A stretch of DNA of 64,000 nucleotides from Ruditapes philippinarum (lineage: Eukaryota), in assembly GCF_026571515.1 (NCBI RefSeq), contig NW_026866679.1:1-64000 (forward strand), written 5' to 3'. The notes below the pieces were generated by a model. That model did no database searches. It was not told the origin of the DNA and worked only from the letters and a program-made list of their open reading frames with translations. The position numbers and the translations under genes were made by a program. Below, piece after piece: positions 1-14,258 of this stretch; within the stretch, counting starts at the first letter, position 1; each line of letters starts with the position of its first letter.

Positions 1-3000
1 TTTACAAGCTAAATTCCATTCGTGAACACCAGCTGTTATGTTTTCACTCGTGGCTACAACACTCTTGAAAATTAAGCCAAGCTTTTATGGCAATAGTATA
101 TGCACACGTATATCATGACTAGCTTAAAACATCATCAAAGATACGTAATTGTTTTAAAATTTATTTATTAATAATTAATTTTAAAGTATATGAACACTAA
201 TAACCACTTTGCTTTCCTTAGAATGATTATAATGTTTGTTATAGCAATTTAAATATTGTTTAAGTTAAATTCAATCTAGTTATTCAAGTATACTAGTATT
301 CAAGACAATTAAATACGTTTTTATTAATAAGAACATTCATGTATTGTGATGTCTGTAATTCTAAACAACATCTGGAGATTTGCTAGTACTTGATGAAATT
401 ACAATTACAATACCTCGGGTGCCCCTCCTCACATTAATTCGGGCACGGGTTGGCTTCTTTGTAGAACCGTAACGCTTTGCAACATGAAAAAATCCTGATG
501 GGATTCGAACCTACAGCGCTAATGTGCGAATGATTTGAAGTCACTTTACTTAAAAACTCTCGGCCATGAAAGCCCCGTATAATTGGTCATGTTTTTGTAC
601 TAATTCACATCTACTTACTTTGTATTTCGAAATTGCCTATAATAAATATTGCTTGACAGAATATATATTTGAACGAATAAAATATTTGGCTTTCACAGTA
701 GTTGTCAAAGTTTAACATCTTATCTTAAAGCTGTCACTTAAATCGTCAGATTAATAAAAATGTCTGTAAACTCGTATTGTTTTCAAATCTTTATTGCAAG
801 AGTTCTCACGTAAGAGATTAAGTTAGATAACGTTGTATACAATTTAATATTTTGTTTCCAAGGAAAATTCTTCAAAAGTGGTATCGGGTCGTTACTGATA
901 TCAAACTTGTAAAAGCATCTTTTTGCCATATTTATTCACAATAATAATAATAATAAACATCACTAGACATATATTTTGAAATTAATTTTATCAAAACATG
1001 CTTGAGTCAGATGTCTTGGTTTTTGGAAAATTAATAAATTAAATAATAACATTACGTTTACACTTTATTTCCCGCCACCACGGCAAGCTAAACGGTGAAT
1101 ATAACGCATGCGCGTTGTAGGTGTCTCTTCTTAGCTTTTGCAGCTCGTAAAGGATATTGTGATAACCCAGGGACACAAACTGATCCTTGAAGACCGTTTA
1201 GCACATTATTATTATTGTGTGTACATGTTTGTGGTATTTTTAGTTCCTTCTTTCAGACCTTTTACAATTTGAATGGTTTAAAATATAACTTAAAATATTC
1301 TTTAAGGATTTTTTTTTCTATTTTGACAAAACTTGGATATGACAATAAAATATTTAAATTATGTTGTTTGGGTTTCTTTTGATGTTGTTGTTTTTTCATG
1401 AAATACCTTATACATTATAGTTAAGTTGCCTTTTTCTGATTTGAAGATATATATTAAATGCCAATATATTCTGATGTCATTCACAAAGAAAAAGAAAACA
1501 GAATATTTTGGAAAACAAATATGTCTATAAAACATTACTACAACACATTGAAACATTTGTCAGCCCGCTTGGCTCGTTTGGAAATGTAGTCTATTGGTTA
1601 TTATTGATAAAGATTTTAACAATGTGTGCATGGTACAGATTTCTTTGAACTCAGTATATAAATAACAGACGACAATTCAATATAAAACACCGGTTTTGAC
1701 TCACATTTTTTATGCATATCTTTTTTGTCTCGCTTTTTAAAATAGTTACAGTACGAAAGACAACTTGTATAAATTTTCCAAGTGACGGCTTTAATTGGAT
1801 GGATTGACGTACAAACGTTTATTTGAATTCTTTTACACTATATCCTTCAGAGTCAGTCACGTTCCTCAAATATTGCCTCCAGTTAAAGTGTATTACAATA
1901 ATTACATATATTTATAAGATAAATAAACTACAGGATATTTAATGGTGATAATTTTTTTTCTTCAGCATTTTTATGTTTATTCTTGAAAGAAACTAGATTT
2001 GCCGACAGCTAAACTTGTTGTTTTTTCTTCTTCTACAGTCTGAAGTTTCAATAAGACTCAACATATTGAGATCCTTGTCAAGCGCTTATAACACTCACAA
2101 CAAAAATTTTGGGCTAATGAATTTTACGTAAACAACCTTTTATAATTTAATTAAAACAATTGTCTAGGCATTACTTTGTTTGTTTGTTTAATGGCTGATT
2201 TCTTTTATTTGTTGTTGTTCTTGTTGTTGTTGCTTCTTTACAATTTATTTGTTATGTTATTTTGCAGAATATTTCTTGTTTAAAACATAACTGAAGCCAG
2301 ATTCGAGTACAGAAACACTTATTGATAAAAATTTATCGAAATATCTCATTCAAAAACTATTCACTAAATTGTATAATCAGATTGTCTGTGTATTTGACCT
2401 TTTATAAAGTACATCTATATAGATATCTTGCTGAGAAAGGATTTTATGCACAGCTTTGACTTGAGATTATGACAACATTTTTTGCATTGTATTTAGTTAC
2501 ACAACGAAATGTTTTACAATGCATCACAAATACAATTTACGATTTACGGCTTTTCTGTTCAATAAACTTTCAAAGTTGGTAGAAACTGTTATATTCTGTT
2601 GCTTGTCAGCGAATATTTACAATTTTATTGATTTCTGCATCTTTGGAAATACAAACATTGTTCACTGTGTATATTATCAAAACTGCTTTGCTCTCCAAGA
2701 CAAATATTTTTAATAGACTGGTTTTCTTCGGTTTTACAAGTAAATGTATAGTAAAAAATAAATAGTTGATGCTTTCTAACTAGCTTCATTTAATAGTTTA
2801 AAAACAAGTTACCTCAACAAAATGTATACACTACATTGCTTGATCATCTAACTTAAATTTAGTTTTATAATATTGATATTTATATAAATGAATGCTTTAA
2901 CGCGGTAAAGTAGGTTTCATTCATATAACTTGGTGATAAAATAATATACTTAGAATTTTATAAAGACCGGTATTGCACTTAAATTTTGTATCTGGTCTAA

Positions 3001-5990
3001 TATAGAAATTGTCGGTCATTGGTTGCAAGCTTTCAGGCCTACACATTTTAGATATATATAAATACAGCCATGCACTTTTTTGATTTAACAATGCTTGGTC
3101 GTCTCGATGACAGTCGGTTGAAAACATAATTGCTAAATTAATAATAACAAATGACGCACGTTCGAATTCTTAATTACACGCTCTGCCGGCAATTTATCAT
3201 AACAAATTGAACTTGACATTATGATATAAACTTATTATTTGTCCTAAATATTTAAAATCTCATTTGTTTGCTTAAACTAAATGCCTGTCTCCCTGTTGTA
3301 ATTGAAATTTGTATTGTAATTACTCTTGACTAGAGTTTAAATCGAAAGGAACAAACATTTATCCATGTTGAAATCTTAAAATTAATCTTAAATTTAAATA
3401 CGAGTTTTAATGTTCTTACTTCCCCCTTATAAAACAATTTAATCTTAATTAGAAACCTCAATAACTTTCCAATCTTAACATTTTAGCTTTTGATCCCTTG
3501 AGAAATTTGTTGTAGTTTAATAATAAACAGTACATTTGCTTTAAGACACGATCAAAAAGAAATAATAAAATTGTTTTTGCTCTTGGTGAAAGGTCTTTTT
3601 TTTATAAAATGTCGTTTTATCGCATGACACCCATTGTTTTTGTGTGTTTTTTTGTTAAACAGCCAATTATCTTTTCTTTATATTCACGTGTAATTTAATG
3701 TTTAATAGTAAAAAATAAGTGGTAAATTAAATGTTTTTGGTACAAGTTATCGATTAATAAAAATGGCAATAGTTGTCGTTTGATATAAACTTTTTGAAAC
3801 CCATCTAGGAAAATATTCAGTAGCCAAAGGCTCTCTTTATAACATTTTCCTAAATTCGATTACTAAACGTTCATACTAAATGTCAGCTCATATCAAACTA
3901 TTATGTGTTTCAGCTTTCTCATTTTGTGAAAAAGGTTTAATCTGTTTTTCTCTATTTAATCAGTTCTTCCATAAATAAATGCTCTGGGCGTCAAGTACTG
4001 ATAGCTGTAAATCTCTCGTACCATTTCGAGAAACTCGGACAGAACAACTCTCTTCAAAGCAAACTATCTTACAAAACTGATTAAAACAATGTTTCTAGAT
4101 AGTAAGTCATTCTCCTAGAACATCCATGACTCTTTCTTTAAAAGGCACGTTCATAATTCAACATTAAGACGTCAAAACTTTAATTTATCATGGAAAACAG
4201 AATCTGTAAATCAGTTAAAACTATCGACCATTGAGCAATGGTTAATATCTTAAAACAGGAAAGTCGAAACGATATATATGTCTTATAATTCACATGTTTC
4301 ACTACACATAAATAAAGATTTAATGTTTCAACGTTTTCATTATTTTTTGCTCTTCTCTAAGAATTAAATGAACATAGGTATGCAATTGATTTGTACGTTG
4401 TCCTTTTATGTACATTCTACTATTTCCTTCTTATCACGTGTTTAAATTAGATTGTTTTTGTTCAATCCTTTGTCAAACAAACATTAAGTAACCATGTTTA
4501 CTTTATTTGTTGATATGCATATCATCTGAAGAAAATAGTGATAACATTTGTGATATAGATATTAAAATGTTAACCGAAAAAGGTATTTTGATTTTCATTC
4601 AAAGTGTATCGTCAAAATATACGAATTGCCAAAATAATATAGAAAACAGAGCTGGTTTGGCTATATCACAGTGTTTAAAGAAGTCTACTTCTTGTTATCT
4701 CAAGAATGGTACAACTTAAAATATATAGGCTCTCAAGAAAATTACAGTGATCGGAAGTAACAATATCTTTATTTAATGAATGTTGTTTTGGAGTATCCTA
4801 TCTTATAAAAGTTTATTAAAATGCTATAAACCACTTTTAAACATCTGACTTTTATATCTTTTGAAATTTAATTTAAAGAAAAGAGACAGAAAGTAGACAT
4901 TGACTATTTCATTACCGTGATAAGACACTCGATTTAAACTGAAGGTATATTGTTCTTAGCTAGCTGGTAAATATCGGCAATATGACGACAAGATATGTAA
5001 GTACAACTCACTACAATACAGCTGTCAATGAAGTTGAAAGATATATAGTAGCTACTCTACCTTCTGAATGACCCGATTCTCTTAAAACATTATAATAATG
5101 ATTATTATAGAACTTCTAGTTAAAACTGTTATTGTCTTAATTTCAAATGTTACATTATGTAAAAATAAGATTATAACTTTCGTAAATTGATAGTGTTTAT
5201 TCTTATGAATTTAACTAGATCCTTTCAATATAAGAACCACTAAATCGTACTGTCTTTTATCAAAACACTGGGTCATATACGATTATAATTTTCGTAAATT
5301 TTTACCATTAGATCTTAAGAATATAAGGATAGCTTTTCAATTATTGTCTGACTAAGTTAAGAATAATTCTGAAAACCACGAACATATAGAAACTGACTGA
5401 GTTAGTGCTTCAGGTTGAAGTAAATGCTGTTTTAATTTTTTAAATATATCTTATTCAGATAATTTATCACCATTAATATTCTACTGATGCACTGGGTAAA
5501 CAGTTATCTTTAAAATCACTGATAATCTCATTTTAAGTTTTTTTCTAATTTGCAACTCAGTGTGACGTTTGTTATTCACATTAATTTGTCCCACGCAAAA
5601 CTTTTCTTTAAATATTTCATATTTATCGTAACTTTCCACGTTAAAGCTCATTTGTCATTATTGGGTTTCTGTTGGTTTTTTTATTTTTGAACATGTATCC
5701 TTTTGCAATATCAACTATAGCATAAAACATAAATTGCAAAAACGCTATATCAAGGCAAAGACATTTTATCATGATCGTAATTCTTCTATTATCGTGTTCT
5801 TTAAAAATAAATATCTTCTCAATTATACATAATTTGGCATACAATTGTATATATATGCAGCCTTTATTTATCATCATTATTGTTTAAATGTACTACTAAA
5901 ATATCTTTATGAAAGAAGCATATTTGTATATTTTCTGAAGATCAAATGGCCCATGTACACTAACACATTGCTAACAGGTTATAATCATAT
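1..5990 (+). repeat. Segmental duplication, copy A (probably extends left of the window)
   Basis: Collinear match to 8530-16365, e.g. ctaaattccattcgtgaacaccagctg at 9 and 8532. ORFs 4507-4719 and 14877-15089 are near-identical. Homology ends at ctaacaggttataat (~5985 and ~16361). Confidence 0.97.
413..577 (-). mobile_element. tRNA-derived SINE (RUDI-like), 3'-deleted paralog of 9456-9697
   Basis: Reverse strand reads ggggctttcatggccgagag (A box) ... gttcgaatccc (B box) ... gggcacccgag. Homologous to 57299-57563. Confidence 0.8.
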
Positions 5991-6413
5991 ATTTCTAGCT
6001 TTTGATGCAAAAGGAAATAGACATTGTTGGATTTTTGGTATGGCAAAATATAAGCGATTTTTTAACAAATTAGTATGCAATTATTTATTTACGAACTTTT
6101 ATGGCCAGCCATAACTTTTGGCAAAATGACATCAAAACATTTTAAAATACGTAAAGATTTGAGATTGTTCATGGGAATTTATTGTTTGATTGATATCTTA
6201 GAGAATTGCTACTCTTAGATGTTTTTTCCTTGTCTTTAAACATCGGTTTATGTCCGCAGAAATGATATCATACACGAAATAAAATAGATATCAAAGTTGA
6301 CGTTATCCATATAGTGTTATTATTTAGAATATAGAATTATAGCTTTGAAAAGATTTCTCTTGTATTCTTAAACGTTTGTTATATGGATGTTTGTTTGTAT
6401 ATTGTGTTTCATA

Positions 6414-6655
6414 TTAAGTCACACTGACCCTGTAAATGTACTGAGGCGACTTACCAGCATTATTTGTGGAAGAAGACTTCATGTGCCCCTTTGTGTATCT
6501 TTTAAGCACGAGCAAGCACCTGAGTAGAAAACCAATCTTCCGTAACCTAGCTACATTAAAAAATGCGAAGTGCCTAATGGGTTTCAAGCACGCAACGGTT
6601 AGGAACAATTGGTTAGAAATCGGCAAAACTTTAACCACTCGAACCCGCAGGCCCC
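6414..6655 (-). mobile_element. Degenerate tRNA-derived SINE (RUDI-like)
   Basis: ggcgacttaccagc...gaagacttcatgtgcccc...gcacctgagtagaa...ttaaccactcg is the reverse complement of the SINE at 57299-57563. Confidence 0.7.
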
Positions 6656-7299
6656 TTTACAGTTTTTGAGAATTTAGAGGGGTTTTATTTAAAATATCAC
6701 TTTACTGAAAACATTTTTATATAAAGTATAACAACAATAAACATAGTTTTTTCTAAGCATTTGTTTTTCAAAAACAACAAAACAAAAACGATAGATTATC
6801 TTGTATAGAGACTTAAGTCTTTTTTCTGAACCCTGTGACACTTATGTTACCAAAATGTCAAACAATCGTGTGTAGAGAAGTTGAAAAAAGATATCTAGAC
6901 GTAATTGACGTTTGTTCTCAGGGGAATTATAGATCAGCAAGTCTAGACGGGATAAAATCGTCATTATCTTCCGAAATTATACATAATTGTCTTTTGAGTA
7001 TATACAAGATTAAAGTGCCTGATACAATGATATTTCTACAGTAAAGTGTTCAAAACTGAAGTTTATTTTCTTACAAACGCTGCAAAAATACCAAGGGACA
7101 AATTGTACAAAATACCATTTATATATCGTATATACAACCATATTCTTATATTGCATAGCGATCTTTAATGCATTTTGCCTTCTCAATATTAATTAAATTA
7201 CTGTATTTGTTTATGTCATTTTAATTTTGATAAGGGTTTTATTTTTAGCAAACTATTATAATCTAAATTAGAAAAAACAGAATCCCCCAAAAAAGCTAA

Positions 7300-7465
7300 A
7301 CACGGCAAAATTGACAATGCTGCAGGTTCGGTTTGATTGAGCATTTGAGCCTGTTCATGGACGGTCCTCTAGCACCGGCTGAAGCAGATTTCAACATTTA
7401 AACACCTAAATGGTGAAATTTGAATTAAGAAACATCCGTACATGTGTTCATACGGCGTTATCATG
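7300..7465. repeat. Dispersed repeat fragment (Penelope-associated family, also at 49980-53200)
   Basis: cggtttgattgag...gagcctgttcatggacgg...ctagcaccggct matches 51040-51220. Confidence 0.75.
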
Positions 7466-9455
7466 TTTTGTACAAAAATCTACGCAATTCTAGTAACTGT
7501 GCGTTTTTTCTTCTTCGTTTTTCTTCGATAATATATCATCATAACAAGAATCATACAATTGTCTGCTAAATTTACTTAAAAAATCTCTTAGAGGTCCGTA
7601 TGATTCAATACAAACGTGACGTAATTTGTTGTCTGAGAGCTGTATTATTTTGAGATATTTCTGTCTCTAATCAATACATACAACTCGCTTAGCCTTTTAA
7701 AGCCAGGCACATAAATTTGAATTTAAAACAGCAAGCATCCTCTTGATGTATATGTGCATATTATGTGTTTGATGGTGGAACACGATTTTTCACTGAAGCA
7801 AATAACATTAACTTATAACATATATGTAGAACAATAAATCACAATCAAATGAGGGTCTTTTTCACATAATCAAAAAGCGGTTAGGTTAATATTCCGGCAT
7901 AATTACAGTTTTATTTATACTGTTAATTTCATTATTGAATTGCATGGTATATCATTTGATTACTTGCTTTTATAGTAGATAGAATAATTATATTTTGATA
8001 AATCAAGAGGAGCTGAGCTATCATTAATAAAAATGATATGTCATAAATGGATGGAATTTCTGCAGAAATATACAACGCGTACGTTTAATATGCATTATTG
8101 TAGCAAAAGCGTTTGCACATATCACGTTAAAATTTATCAGATGAGCCACAATATTTATAGAAAATAAACTTTTGGAATAATGTACAAATTTTCATGTCTC
8201 ATTAGCGACTGATTATGCTGTATTTATCATTATATTTTTACTGTATGACTAACTGAGTAAGGGCTAATTTTGCATATTCTTAACTTATTTTGTTAATTTT
8301 TGTAGATTTAAATGTTTTTTTGCACTGGTTGATCACTTGACAATTATATCAATTTTATTACATTTAATTCATTTTAATAAACATGGACGTGCTACATAAA
8401 CATTGTGAAGCCATAATTATATGAAGTCAGGAAGGAAGTACAGTGCGTAAAGTGGCAATAGTAACTTTGTACCACTACTTTAAAGTCATGTTATGAACAG
8501 ACCAATTGTTTCGTTTGCATAAAAGAACAATCTAAATTCCATTCGTGAACACCAGCTGTTATGTTTTCACTCGTGACTACAACACTCTTGAAAATTAAGC
8601 CAGACTTTTATGGCAATAGTATATGCACACGTATATCATGATTAGCTTAAAACATCATCAAAGATACGTGATTGTTTTAAAATGTATTTATTAATAATTA
8701 ATCTTAAAGTATATGAACACTTGTAGCCACTTTGCTTTCCTTAGAATAATTATAATGTTTGTTATAGCAATTTAAATATTGTTTAAGTTAAATTCATTCG
8801 AGTCATTCAAGTATAGTATTCAAGACAATTTAATACGTTTCTATTAATTAGAACATTCATGTATTTTGATGTTTGTAATTCTAAACAACACCTGGAGATT
8901 TTCTAGAACTTGATAAATTTACAAGCGATTAAATATATATCATCAATAAGCAACACTGTTTTTCCTTTGTAATAGGCAACTGTTTTGTTTGGGTGTTCTG
9001 TTGCTGTTGATGAAACAAATATGACAATTTAAAGATTCCTTAATGTTTTTTATATGGTCTTTAGACTTTGTAACATTTCTTCACAAAATCATTTTTTCTA
9101 CGTTTCAATCGAATGAAAATTTTTAACCAAGCATTTTTTATTCCTTTTTAAAATATAGTTTTTGTAATGGATAATTTTCAGTTAAAAGGTTCAAATCACT
9201 TGATAATTACAGGTAGTATAACCTTACGAGTTGGAAGTAGATGTACTAGAATTATTTTTTAACTTAGAAACTTAGATTAATTTTGCTTTGCATGTTCCAA
9301 TTACATAATTTTAGTATAATACTGAAAATGATTATGTTGACAAAAAGGTAAAGACTGAACAACATCTGAAGATTTGCTAGTACTTGATGAAATTACAAGC
9401 GATTATTTAAATATCATAAATAAAGCAACACTGTTTTTCCTTTGCAATTGGCAAC

Positions 9456-9697
9456 TGTTTTGTTTGGGTGTTCTGTGGCACCAACGCAAAAAGGTCATAT
9501 GGCGACTTACGAGCTTTATTGGGGAGGAACAACTCAGGTGCCCCTCCTCACATTAATTCAGGCACAGGTGGGCACCTTTGTAGAACCGTAACGCTTTGCA
9601 ACATGAAATAATCCTGGTGGGATTCGAACCTACAGCGGTTATGTGTGAGTGGTATAAAATCACCTTACTTAAAAACACTCGGCTATGAAAGCCCCGT
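9456..9697 (-). mobile_element. tRNA-derived SINE (RUDI-like), near full length
   Basis: Reverse strand has an A box (tagccgagtg), a B box (gttcgaatccc), and the body gggcacctgag...gtcgccatatgacc shared with 57299-57563. Confidence 0.85.
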
Positions 9698-10772
9698 ATA
9701 ACAGGCCATGTTTTTTGTTCTAATTAACATCTACTTACTATGTATTTCGAAATTGCCTATAATAAATGTTGCTTGACAGAATATCTATTTGAAGGAATAA
9801 AATCTTTGGCTTTTACAGTAGTTGTCAAAGTTTAACATCTTATCTTAAAGCTGTAACTTAAATCGTCAGATTAATAAAAATGTCTGTAAACTCTTAATGT
9901 TTTTAAATCTTTATTGCAACAGTTCTCACGTTAGAGTTTAAGTAAGATAACGGAATACAATTTAAAAAAAATTTCCAAGGAAATTCTTCAAAACTGGTAT
10001 CGGGATGTAACTGATATCAAACTTGTTGAAGCATCTTTTGCCATATTTATTCACAATAATTGGTTTTGTGAACATCACTAGACATATATTCTGACATTTA
10101 TCAAAACATGCTTGAGTAAGACCTCTTTGTTTTTGTAAAATTAAAAAAATTAAATAATAACATTACGTTTACACTTTGTTCCCCGCGGCCACGGCGTGAA
10201 TATATGTGAATATAACACATGCACGTTGGAGGTGTCTCTTCTTAGCTTTTGCAGCTCGTAAAGGATATTGTGATAACCCAGGGGCGAAACTTGATCCTTG
10301 TAGACCGTTTGTTGTGTGTACATGTCTGTGGTATTTTTAGTTCATTCTTTCAGACCTTTTACAATATGAATGGTTAATATATTCTTTCAGGAATTTTTTC
10401 TATTATGACAAAACTTGGATATGACAACAAAGGATTTAAAATATGTAGTATGGGTTTATTTTGATGTTGTTGTTTTTTTTAATGAAATACCTTATACATT
10501 ATAGTTAAGATGCCTTTTTCTGATTTGAAGATATATAATAAATGCCAATATATTCTGATGTCATTCACAAAGAAAAAAAAAGAATATTTTGGAAAACAAA
10601 TATGTCTAAAAGAACATTGCTACAACACAATAAAACATTTGTCAGCCCGGTTGGCTCGTTTTGAAATTTAGTCTATTGGTAATTATTCATATAAGAAATC
10701 TATAAAGATTTTAACAATGTGTGCATGGTACGGATTTCTTTGAACTCAGTATAGAAATAACAGATGGCAATT

Positions 10773-11380
10773 AGTTTAATAATATTTTATTGCAACTATA
10801 TAATACATGTCAGATATGAATAACACACAAAAAAGAAACAAATGTAAGTATAAGTACATGTGTATATAGTGCAAATGGGTAGGGCTACAAGTTATTACAA
10901 CATTAGCAACAGCCCTTCCCACAAAGTCTAGCTTTTATATTACATATTTTCCGGATAGTTACAAGTAATTGATTTGTCAGTGGAAGTGAGAAAAAGAAAA
11001 GAAAGAAAAACCGCACACATCCGCAAGAATTCCCTACGCTGTCTGACCCATGAAATTGACAAGACAAAACAGAGATGATGTGTGATAGTATCACAGCGAT
11101 AATTAGAAATCGAATTCGGCAATTATTTTACGTCATAATTACTTTTCGTACACGTGTGTCAACAAGGCAATGGCATATTTTACATATAATAAATTCTACA
11201 TATTGTTTTGGATTTTAATAATCATTGACAGGTGGAGATAACGGTCAGTTGAAGGAAGAAAAGTATTTACATGTATATTTATCGGTACCACTTAAGAATA
11301 AGAATATATGTAATGAATAAAGGCTGCTGTATTTGTTTTTTCTTCTCTCCTCTTTTTTTCCTTCTGATTGGAAGGCAATT
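10773..11380 (-). mobile_element. ~600-bp segment absent from copy A; possible 3' end of a LINE
   Basis: Bounded by direct repeat ggcaatt (10766-10772, 11374-11380). Reverse strand ends in caataaaatattattaaact, resembling a CR1/L2-type 3' tail. No recognisable RT peptide. Confidence 0.45.
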
Positions 11381-13668
11381 CAATATAGAACACCGGTTTT
11401 GACTCGCACTATTTTATGCATAGCTTTTTTGTCTCGCTTTTTAAAATAGTTACAGTACGAAAGACAACTTGTATACATTTTCCAAGCGACGGCTTTAATT
11501 GGATGGATTGACGTACAAACGTTTATTTGAATTCTTTTACACTATATCCTTCAGAGTCAGTCACGTTCCTCAAATATTGCCTCCAGTAAAAATGTATTAC
11601 AATAATTACATATATTTATAAGATAAATAAGCTACAGGATATTTAATGGTGATAAATTTGTGTCATTTGCTTTTTTTTTCTTAAGCATTTTTATGTTTAT
11701 TCTTTAAAGGACTAGATTTGCCGACAGCTAGAATTGTTGTTTTTTTTCTTTTTTTACGCTCTGAAGTTTCAATAAGATTTAACATATTGAAGTCCTTGTC
11801 AAGCGCTTAGAGTGTTATAACACTCACAACAAAAATTATGGGCTAATGAATTTTATGTAAACAACCTTTTATAATTCAAGTAAAACAATTGTCTAGGCAT
11901 TACTTTGTTTGCTTGTTTGTTTGTTTAATGGCTGATTTATTTTTCTTTTTTCTTTTTTTGTTGTTGTTGTTGTTGTTGTTTCGTTACAACTTATTTGTTA
12001 TGTTATTTTGCAGAATATTCCTTGTTTAAAAAAATAAGTGAAGCCAGATTCTACTACTGAAACACTTATTGATAAGAATTCATCGAAAAAACTACTCACT
12101 AAACTGTATTATCAGATTGTCTGTGTATTTGACTTTTTTATAAAGTACTACTATATAGATATCTTGCTGAGCACAGCTTTGACTTGAGATATTGACAACA
12201 ATTTTTACATTGTATTTAGTTACACACCGAAATGTTTTACAATGCATCACAATTGCAATTAACATAAAGATAACGTCTTACAGCTTTTCTGTTTATTGAA
12301 CTTTCAAAGTACATGTAGTTAGAAACTGTTATCTTGAATAATTACTATTCTGTTAGTTGTCTGTGAATATTTACAATTTTATTGATTTCTGCATCTTTGG
12401 AAATACAAAAATTGTTCACAGTGTTATATTGTCAAAACTGCTTTGCTCTCCGAGACAAATATTTTTATCATAGGCTGAATTTCGTGTGTTATACAAGTAA
12501 ATGTACACGTACAGTAAAAAGTAAATATTTGATGCTTTCTAACTAGTTTCAGCTATTAAAAATCAAGTTACCTCAACAAAATGTATACAGTATATTGCTT
12601 AGACATCCAACTTTAGTTAAGTTTTTTAATGTTGATATTATAATATATGAGTGCTTTTACACGGTAAACGTGGTTGCATTCATATAAATTAGTAATAAAA
12701 TCATATTTTGTATTTCCTAAAGCCCGGTATTCCGCTAATTTATTATGTCTGGTCCAATATAGAAATTGTCGGTTAGGATTAAAGACCATTGGTTGCAAGC
12801 TTTCAACTCTGATAGCCTACAGATTTTAGAAATGAAAAATAAATACATTCATGTATTTTGTTTACTCTACAATTCTTGGTCGTCTCGATTGCAATCGTTA
12901 AAGATTGCTTTGGGTAAGTTAATAATAACAAATGACACACGTCCAAATTTCTTGATTACATGCAAATTTATCATAACAAATTAAACTTGACATTATGACA
13001 TAAACTTATTCTTTTTCCTAAATATTTAAAATCTCATTTGTTTGCTTAAACTAAATGTCTGGCTCCCTGTGGTAATTGAAATTTGTGTTGTAATTACTCT
13101 TGACTAGAGTTTAAATAAAAAAGAACAAACATTTATCCATGTTGAAAAAATAAAATTAATCTTAAATTTAAATACGATTTTTAATGTTCTTATTTCCCCC
13201 ACACAAAACAATTTAATCTTAATTAGAAACCTCAATAACTTTCCAATCTTAACATTTAAGCTTTTGATCCCGTGAGAAATTTGTTGTAGTTTAATAATAA
13301 ACAGAACATTTGCTTTAAGACACGATCAAAAAGAAATAATAAAAATTGTTTTTGCTCTTGGTGAAACTTCTTTTTTTATAAGATGTCGTTTTATCGCATA
13401 ACATCCATTTTTTTATACAGCCAATTATTTTTTCTTTATTACCACGTGAAACTTAATCGCAGAAAGCGTGTGTTTAATTGTAAAAAATAAGTGGTTAATT
13501 GATTGTTTTTGGTACAATATATCGTTTAATAAAATGGCGATAGTTGTCGTTTGATATAAACATTTTGAAACCCATCAAGGAAAAAATTCAGTAGCCAAAG
13601 GCTCTTTTTATAACATATTTTCCTGAACTCGATTACTAAACGTTCATATCAAATGTCAGCTCATGTAA

Positions 13669-14258
13669 CACCCCAGTTACACAGAGCCATCGGTGATTGA
13701 TCGGTAGTTTTTTTAGCCAAATTATGAAGTGAACCGATGACAACGTATTTAACACCGATATCACCTATTGATCACCTGTTTTCCACCTATCAACTACTAT
13801 TGGGGAAAGATAAGTTTCATCGGTGAAAAATTACCGATTGGGATTTTTAAACACGTTTAAAATTCTCGATCGGTGAAAATATCTTATAAATAACCGACAG
13901 CAACGTATATCACGAGATATGCAAGCTCTTAATCACTGATATCGCCGATCGGACAAAGATGACCAAATATGAATCACCGACCATATCTGACGGAAAGTGT
14001 TTAACCACTGATGACTAGCTATCAACCACCGATTAATCTGCGTTACGCCCGATTTAGCTCCGATTTACAAACGATAAAACCGACTGTATTTCAGCATTTT
14101 TATCACCGATCCAACCCCGTTTGAGTTTGCTTTCTGTCACCGATGGCCGTTTACACAGAAAACCAGAAATAAAATCACGCATGACAACCGATCATAACAG
14201 CGAGTAAATTTAAAATTAAATGACCGATTGGGGACCGACCGTCTGTGTTACTGGCCCC
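13669..14258. mobile_element. MITE / non-autonomous DNA transposon, PIF/Harbinger-like
   Basis: Absent from copy A at ~3893. Imperfect ~35-bp TIRs (ccagttacacaga...atcggt / accga...tctgtgttactgg). Flanked by taa and tta. Many internal accgat/atcggt motifs. Confidence 0.8.

Noticed and set aside
1750-1885. Minus-strand stretch reading EAIFEERD, tempting as the receptor exon 2 (also at ~11450-11590)
   Set aside because: No in-phase AG acceptor, three stops within the next six codons, and no further similarity.
4507-4719. 70-aa ORF conserved in both duplicate copies
   Set aside because: TTG start, no motif, and flanking non-ORF DNA is equally identical, so conservation reflects the duplication.
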